DNA of 50,317 nt, taken from positions 1-50,317 of the IMG/VR virus record IMGVR_UViG_3300037517_002510; one strand, written 5' to 3'. The notes below the pieces were generated by a model. It ran no database searches. It was given only the letters and a program-made list of their open reading frames with translations, and was not told where the DNA came from. Position 1 is the first letter of the stretch. Each line of letters starts with the position of its first letter. This stretch comes from a virus. Its lineage: Duplodnaviria; Caudoviricetes. The position numbers were made by a program, and so were the translations under genes. Of this stretch, positions 45,577-50,317 are shown piece after piece.

Positions 45577-46193
45577 ATTTCTACATCGCTGGCGATTTCG
45601 TTGCCCCATGCGGACCAGCCGAGTCGGCGGGTTCGAGCGAACATTTCCAGACGTGGGCCGGGTGATACTCGCTCAACGAGGTCGTAGAACGCATCCGGCT
45701 TTTCAGAGTGTCGGCCACGCGGCCAGTTGAAGTATGTGCCGCCAGTTGTTGCCGCCACACGCCCGCCCGACCCGAATGGGTTGCCCTCGCGCCTTCCCTT
45801 GCGGCACACCAAGACGTGCTCCGTGTTGCACTGGAAGCGACCGACACCGAGGCCGGGCTTGCACCATGTCAGCATCGTTGCCACTTCATCGAATCCCCAC
45901 GCCTTTGCCACCATGTAGCCCCAGTCCACATGCTGCGTCAGCACCCACAGCCACAGGTGGCATTGTGGCGCGGCGGGCGGAGACAGTTTGCAGATGTCAT
46001 CCAGTAGCATCGTCGGGTAGTGCTTTTGAGGCCCAGCCTTGTCCACCGTTGCGCGGCGTGGGTTGTCCGCGTGCAGAGAGGGACGCCAAGGAGGGTCTGC
46101 GACGATACAACGAAAAGCCGAACAAGGCGCTGCACCTAATGACTGCCCCGCCACGTCTGCCGCGAGTTCGAGAGTCTGATTGAGGGCAGTCAT
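45546..46193 (-). CDS. MT-A70 family N6-adenine methyltransferase 2
   Basis: IVADPPW...HLWLW...TEHVLV...HSEKP...LEMFAR...GWSAWGNE. Confidence 0.92.
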   Translation of the reverse strand: MTALNQTLELAADVAGQSLGAAPCSAFRCIVADPPWRPSLHADNPRRATVDKAGPQKHYPTMLLDDICKLSPPAAPQCHLWLWVLTQHVDWGYMVAKAWGFDEVATMLTWCKPGLGVGRFQCNTEHVLVCRKGRREGNPFGSGGRVAATTGGTYFNWPRGRHSEKPDAFYDLVERVSPGPRLEMFARTRRLGWSAWGNEIASDVEMSNDQAERRG

Positions 46194-46214
46194 AGGTGAG
46201 CTTGGTCGTTCGAC
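46117..46214 (+). repeat. attC-like site C
   Basis: GCCGAAC-aaggc-GCTGCACCTAATGACTGCCC...GGGCAGTCATAGGTGAGC-ttggtc-GTTCGAC. Confidence 0.85.
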
Positions 46215-46462
46215 ATCATCCGCCAGCCACTATCTTTGAGTGGCGCGTAGCAGTTCATTGCCGGGTGTGTGCAGTCCGTGAGATACCAGCCTAACAGTCC
46301 ACGCAGTTTTGCTGTCCGCGTTCCAATGAAGTTCGGATGCGTGATTTCCACTTCCACGTCTTGCGGCGGGAAGGTTTCAGTTGTCCGATGCCATGCCGAA
46401 CAAGGCGCTGGAGCACAACTGCCGCCCCGCGCTTTTGTTTCTAGTATTTGTGTTGAGTTCAT
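46190..46462 (-). CDS. Hypothetical cassette protein (DUF551-like WH..E.FP motif)
   Basis: 90 aa, ATGA-coupled on both sides. Confidence 0.6.
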   Translation of the reverse strand: MNSTQILETKARGGSCAPAPCSAWHRTTETFPPQDVEVEITHPNFIGTRTAKLRGLLGWYLTDCTHPAMNCYAPLKDSGWRMMSNDQAHL

Positions 46463-46522
46463 ACGTTTTTGGTGTCGTCCACGGTCGCCGTCGGCCCGCC
46501 GTCGCTGACCTTATCGTTCTCC
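46395..46522 (+). repeat. attC-like site D (arms poorly matched, likely chimeric)
   Basis: GCCGAAC-aaggc-GCTGGAGC...GCTGACC-ttatc-GTTCTCC. Confidence 0.6.
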
Positions 46523-46659
46523 CCCGCGCACTCCGCGCAAAGGTTGTCGCCGACGCAGTTCAGGTGCCGGCGCCATGCCGTCCGCTGCCGTTCGTCCTCG
46601 CGGCACAGCTCGTCGGCAATCGGGTCGGTGTCCTCGATGGGCTCGGGTTCGGGTTTCAC
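46459..46659 (-). CDS. Hypothetical protein
   Basis: GTG start overlapping the upstream TGA; CxxC; C-terminus encoded in attC D. Confidence 0.55.
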   Translation of the reverse strand: MKPEPEPIEDTDPIADELCREDERQRTAWRRHLNCVGDNLCAECAGENDKVSDGGPTATVDDTKNV

Positions 46660-46895
46660 GGCTTTCCCTTTTTGGCTTGGTCCCATTCTTCAACCGCCAC
46701 CTCGTCTTCCGTGAATACGGATTCACGCAGTCGGAAGGCAATCTCATCCCCCGCCGACTCCAGCCGGCGGATGCGCTCGCGGGCCGCGGCCAGCTCGCGT
46801 TCGAGTTGCTCAAACGATTTGGCCGCAACCACCCAGCCGCCATTGTCCGACCAAAACTTTTCCGTATCAGTCCTCGGTGTTGGTGTGTCGCTCAT
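46656..46895 (-). CDS. MSDTP-family coiled-coil protein
   Basis: MSDTPTPRTD...LERELAAARERIRRLE. Confidence 0.7.
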   Translation of the reverse strand: MSDTPTPRTDTEKFWSDNGGWVVAAKSFEQLERELAAARERIRRLESAGDEIAFRLRESVFTEDEVAVEEWDQAKKGKP

Positions 46896-47116
46896 TTCAA
46901 CCTCCGTTCCGCGTCTTCGATCATCGCAACCAACTGTTTCGCGTTATCAAATGCCCAACGCTCGGTTTTGATCGTGAAGTATTTTCCAGCGCCTCCGTCG
47001 TGAGATTCGATTTCGATGTATTGGCCAATCGTGCTGTCGTCGCAGCAGTCGTTTTCCTGCCCATAGGTCAGTTGCCCGGCTTCCATGACCGGCTCTTTTT
47101 TTGGTGTGTCGCTCAT
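46892..47116 (-). CDS. Hypothetical protein with MSDTP N-terminus
   Basis: ATGA-coupled, 74 aa. Confidence 0.65.
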   Translation of the reverse strand: MSDTPKKEPVMEAGQLTYGQENDCCDDSTIGQYIEIESHDGGAGKYFTIKTERWAFDNAKQLVAMIEDAERRLK

Positions 47117-47325
47117 GCTTTTGCCTCCTTGGCTTTGGTCCATTGGTGAGTTTGTAACGTCGGGTGGTGAAATTGCTGGAATAACGCATCCCCCGCCTGC
47201 TCCAGCCGGCGGATGCGCCCGTTGGCCGCGGCTAGCTCGCGTTCGAGTTGGCGGGCGAAGTCAACGGAGACGCGCCCTGTTCCAAATTGCGCCTCATTGG
47301 TCCTTGGTGTTGGTGTGTCGCTCAT
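47113..47325 (-). CDS. MSDTP-family coiled-coil protein
   Basis: MSDTPTPRTN...FARQLERELAAANGRIRRLE. Confidence 0.7.
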   Translation of the reverse strand: MSDTPTPRTNEAQFGTGRVSVDFARQLERELAAANGRIRRLEQAGDALFQQFHHPTLQTHQWTKAKEAKA

Positions 47326-47474
47326 TCCTCCTCCTGTTGGTTCATTTCCCATTCCTTTGCCTCCAGCCACGCGATGCGCTGCTGCTCCGGGGTCGGCGTG
47401 CTGATTCCGCAGAGCACCCCCAGCCGCTCCTCGTAGCGGTATCTCGCCTCGGGTTGCAACGTGTCAGGGTCCAT
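47322..47474 (-). CDS. Hypothetical protein (50 aa)
   Basis: MDPDTLQPEARYRYEERLGVLC..., translated by hand, ATGA-coupled. Confidence 0.55.
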   Translation of the reverse strand: MDPDTLQPEARYRYEERLGVLCGISTPTPEQQRIAWLEAKEWEMNQQEEE

Positions 47475-47489
47475 GTAAGTCAATGTATG

Positions 47490-47834
47490 TCACCTTAAGT
47501 CTAGGTTGTCAACCCCGTCCGCCCGGACGGCGATTCCCCCGTGCTCCCGGACCACGCGCATCCATGTCTCTTGGTTCGGCCGGAGCCCCTTTCCCGGGCG
47601 CTTTACCTCGACGGACAGGAACACGGCGAGCTTGGTCCCCACCATGTCCGGGGTGACCGTCACGGACTTCCACCCGATGAGGTCGCCGGAACCGGGATGC
47701 AGCCCCATCGTGACGGGCCGGTGGTTGGGCGGCTCGCCGACGAAGCCGAAGCCGACTTGGTTGCGGAACACGCGCACGTCCGTCCGGCCGCCGAGGGCAC
47801 GCATGACGACGGCTTGGATTTGGGCTTCGGTCAT
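47490..47834 (-). CDS. VRR-NUC nuclease / Holliday junction resolvase-like
   Basis: EAQIQ...FRNQVG...GSGDLIG...VEVKRP...Q..W...GGIA. Confidence 0.85.
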   Translation of the reverse strand: MTEAQIQAVVMRALGGRTDVRVFRNQVGFGFVGEPPNHRPVTMGLHPGSGDLIGWKSVTVTPDMVGTKLAVFLSVEVKRPGKGLRPNQETWMRVVREHGGIAVRADGVDNLDLR

Positions 47835-48049
47835 GGGTTCCTTAGCTTGGTCCATGCGGCGACCGCCCGGAGCGACCGGACGATAAAGCTGCCATCATCG
47901 GTAGCCGTCGTCCCGATTCCATTGGCAACTCGCGCCACCTCGTCGCCGGCCTGCTCAAGCTGCGTGATGCGGTCCTCCATTCGCTTCACTTCCTCAACCA
48001 CCCAAGGGGCGGCTTCACAGTTCGGCCGGATTCGTTCTGATAAGCTCAT
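47831..48049 (-). CDS. Hypothetical protein
   Basis: MSLSERIRPNCEAAPWVVEEVKRME..., shares LEQAGD with the MSDTP family. Confidence 0.65.
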   Translation of the reverse strand: MSLSERIRPNCEAAPWVVEEVKRMEDRITQLEQAGDEVARVANGIGTTATDDGSFIVRSLRAVAAWTKLRNP

Positions 48050-49425
48050 GCCATCACCTTTGCCTTCCTCGCGTTGAACCTGAACCACGCCCACCCGGGC
48101 TTGTGGCCACGTTCGCGCCCAAGTTTCTGCCAGTCCTCCAGCGTCCGGCAAGCCCCCTCCTCCCGGCGCCGAGCCACGATTTGCGCCATGTGCTGAAAAT
48201 CTTCGGCCGTCAGTCTTTGCAGCTCCCCGTCTACCTCCTCCGTCTCGCGGGCCTTCGGCTCCGGGCGATGCTGGCATTGCGGGCATTGCGGACCACCGTA
48301 GATGGCGAAGCACTGCGGGCAGGTCTTCACCTCCATGAGCTTTTCCTTCTGCTTGCGCTTCCCCTTGCCTTCCAAGCTCCACTCGCGGTCCTGCTCGGCA
48401 AGCCCGTGCCGCATGCAGTTTCCGGCGTGGTCCAAGATCACCGCCTCCTTCTTCCCGGGGAACACCCGCAGCGCCCGGCCAAGCTGCTGAAGGTGCATGG
48501 ACAGGGAGGCGGTGGGGCGGAGCAGGATGGCGGCGTTGACCGTGGGCAGGTCGAACCCCTCGGAAATCAGCTCGCAGGACGTGAGCACGAGCACCTTCCC
48601 GGACTTCAGGTCCGCGACGGTCTGCCGGCGGATGTCCTCCTCCATGCCGCCGTCGATGTGCGCGGCCGGGATGCCAGCATCGTTGAACCGCTGCGCGACG
48701 TGCTGCGCGTGCGCCACCGAAACGCAGAAGGCCACCGCCCGCTGGCCGGGGCAGAGGCGCTGGTAATGCTTCACCGCATCGCCCGTGATGGCAGGCCGGT
48801 CCAGCGCGTCCGCCAGCTTCCCCTTGTTGAAATCCCCGCCGACCATGCCGATGCCCGACAGGTCCGGCGGGGCAACCCTTGACGCGTAGTAGACCGGCTT
48901 GGCAAGGAACCCTTCCCGTATCAGCCACGACACGGACGGCCCGAGGGTCATGCGCTGGAACAACGTGCCCAGCCCGGAACCGTCCAGCCGCTCCGGCGTG
49001 GCCGTGACACCAAGGAAGCGGGCCTTCTGCCAGCAGGCGAACATCTGGATGTAGGTGGCGGAGACGCTGTGATGGGCCTCGTCGACGATGACAAGGTCCG
49101 GCTCCTCCACGGTGTCCATGCGCCGCGCCAGCGTCTGCACGCTGGCCACCATGACCGGCCGGTTCATCGGCGACTTCCCCGCCTGAACAAACCCGTGCTT
49201 CACGCCCACCTCGGTCAGGGTGGCGGAAATCTGGTCCAAGATTTCGCGTCGGTGCGCGACGATGAACACACGCTGCCCACGTTCGGCGGCGCTCTTGGTG
49301 ATGAAGGCGAACAGCACGGTTTTGCCGCTGCCCGTGGGGCTCACCGCGAGCTGCCGGGAGATGCCGGCACGGTATCCGCCCCGCAAGTCCTCCACCAAAT
49401 CGGTCTGATACGGACGAAGTTCCAC
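48046..49425 (-). CDS. SF2 DEAH-box helicase with C-terminal zinc finger
   Basis: LRPYQ, PTGSGKT, DEAH, TATP, EGFD, QQLGRALR, CxxC...CxxC. Confidence 0.92.
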   Translation of the reverse strand: MELRPYQTDLVEDLRGGYRAGISRQLAVSPTGSGKTVLFAFITKSAAERGQRVFIVAHRREILDQISATLTEVGVKHGFVQAGKSPMNRPVMVASVQTLARRMDTVEEPDLVIVDEAHHSVSATYIQMFACWQKARFLGVTATPERLDGSGLGTLFQRMTLGPSVSWLIREGFLAKPVYYASRVAPPDLSGIGMVGGDFNKGKLADALDRPAITGDAVKHYQRLCPGQRAVAFCVSVAHAQHVAQRFNDAGIPAAHIDGGMEEDIRRQTVADLKSGKVLVLTSCELISEGFDLPTVNAAILLRPTASLSMHLQQLGRALRVFPGKKEAVILDHAGNCMRHGLAEQDREWSLEGKGKRKQKEKLMEVKTCPQCFAIYGGPQCPQCQHRPEPKARETEEVDGELQRLTAEDFQHMAQIVARRREEGACRTLEDWQKLGRERGHKPGWAWFRFNARKAKVMA

Positions 49426-49444
49426 GGCTCCACTTTGGAAAAGC

Positions 49445-49482
49445 TGCTTGACGTGTCAAGCAAAAGACATAAATGGATGTCT
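49445..49482. promoter_or_regulatory. Divergent promoter/operator region
   Basis: Palindrome GCTTGACGTGTCAAGC supplies -35 boxes on both strands; AGACAT-N6-ATGTCT dyad. Confidence 0.55.
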
Positions 49483-49483
49483 C

Positions 49484-49654
49484 ATGTCGCATCGCAAAAG
49501 CAAGCGGGTCATCCGCCGGGTCAGCTACCGGCTGCCCAAGGACGTGAAGGACGCCCTCGTGAAGGAGTCCGTGAAGTCGTGCCGGACGGAGACGGCCGCG
49601 CTCATCATCGCCATCCGCCTTGCCTACGCGGAGCATTTCACGAAAGAGGGTTGA
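49484..49654 (+). CDS. Arc/ribbon-helix-helix DNA-binding protein
   Basis: RRVSYRLPKDVKDALVKES...RTETAALIIAIR. Confidence 0.65.
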   Translation: MSHRKSKRVIRRVSYRLPKDVKDALVKESVKSCRTETAALIIAIRLAYAEHFTKEG

Positions 49655-49880
49655 CAGCCCGGCGCTTCGGGCGCACAACGCGAACGACAGCACCACTGCG
49701 ATTCGTCACCGCAGCGCGATTCATGCGCGTTACCATGATGGCATGGACCCCAAGGGGTCCGCCGGTTCCACGGCTCGGGTTCGCCGCCGAGGTTGGATTC
49801 TGGTCCGCACGGACCTGCAATCTGCCTCGTTTCGTCTTGTAGGGGTGGGTCAAGCAGCCACAAGACGAAGGAACAAAGTT

Positions 49881-50317
49881 ATGCCAGCAGGCAATGTGAT
49901 TAGCTGTAAGCAGTTCCAGAACTTCCTCGTCTCGCAGGAGCCGGTTTACGACAAGGAGATTCTGAAGGATGTGCGCCCGTTTGACGGCCTCATCGGTTAC
50001 TACCAGACCGGGAGCTTCGATGCTTACTCCGGCACCACCCACACGTTCGACCGCTTCAACAGCGTGTTCCCGAACGTGACCGTGCCTTGGGGCGAGTTCT
50101 CCGGCGCGGCCTGCACGGGCCAGCCGTGCGACCCCGACGAGAACAAGATCGGCTGGGGCTACACCCGCGACACTTACTCGCTGGAGCGCCAGAGCTGGGG
50201 TTCGGACATCCTGTGCTTCGACAGCATCATGACGAAGACGCGGGCCAAGGAGCACTTCCGTCAGATCATCGACGACATCCTGCGTCCCGCGACGAACTGG
50301 ATTATGACCTACTACCT
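49881..50317 (+). CDS. Major capsid protein, N-terminal part (continues at window start)
   Basis: ATG at 49881 (MPAGNVISCKQFQNFL...) is open to the window end and in frame with ORF 39..1259. Confidence 0.75.
   Translation, partial: MPAGNVISCKQFQNFLVSQEPVYDKEILKDVRPFDGLIGYYQTGSFDAYSGTTHTFDRFNSVFPNVTVPWGEFSGAACTGQPCDPDENKIGWGYTRDTYSLERQSWGSDILCFDSIMTKTRAKEHFRQIIDDILRPATNWIMTYY
50191..50317. repeat. Terminal direct repeat / circular assembly overlap (copy 2)
   Basis: Identical to 1-127. Confidence 0.95.

Larger units (their letters stand above)
44884..46522 (+). mobile_element. Integrase-less integron-type cassette array (CALIN-like), three cassettes
   Basis: attC-like sites at 45472-45576, 46117-46214 and 46395-46522, plus a right half-site ending GTTAGAC at 44910-44916. 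Confidence 0.8.

Noticed and set aside
47831-49696. 621-aa minus-strand ORF overlapping the helicase
   Set aside because: Arg/Gly/Pro-rich alternate-frame shadow. Only the last 72 codons (from 48049) look like a real gene.

Overview
The window is an apparently complete, circularly permuted ~50.2 kb GC-rich tailed-phage genome. Bases 1-127 are identical to 50191-50317, which looks like an assembly overlap. It has a podovirus-like morphogenesis set: a major capsid gene spanning the origin, tail-fibre-like genes and a lysis cluster. A minus-strand block carries terL, ssb, a GT9-GT2 glycosyltransferase, a methyltransferase, portal and scaffold. Tail and ejection proteins follow, including a 2436-aa giant. 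It also has RecE/RecT-like recombination genes, two atypical tRNA genes, an early region with a MoxR-type AAA+/vWA pair, a parS-like site, a primase-helicase, VRR-NUC, an SF2 helicase and an Arc-like repressor. I found no integrase, DNA polymerase or CRISPR array. The most striking element is an integrase-less integron-type cassette array at ~44.9-46.5 kb. Its attC-like sites are read as protein on the opposite strand, and they link two MT-A70 methyltransferases and small ORFs by ATGA translational coupling inside the attC sites. Other notable signals are a recurrent AAGCACAA start-codon motif with a matching antisense hairpin loop, a GACATAC operator-like motif and a tRNA-Cys mimic. All protein calls come from motif recognition and synteny, with no database search. 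The host is unknown.
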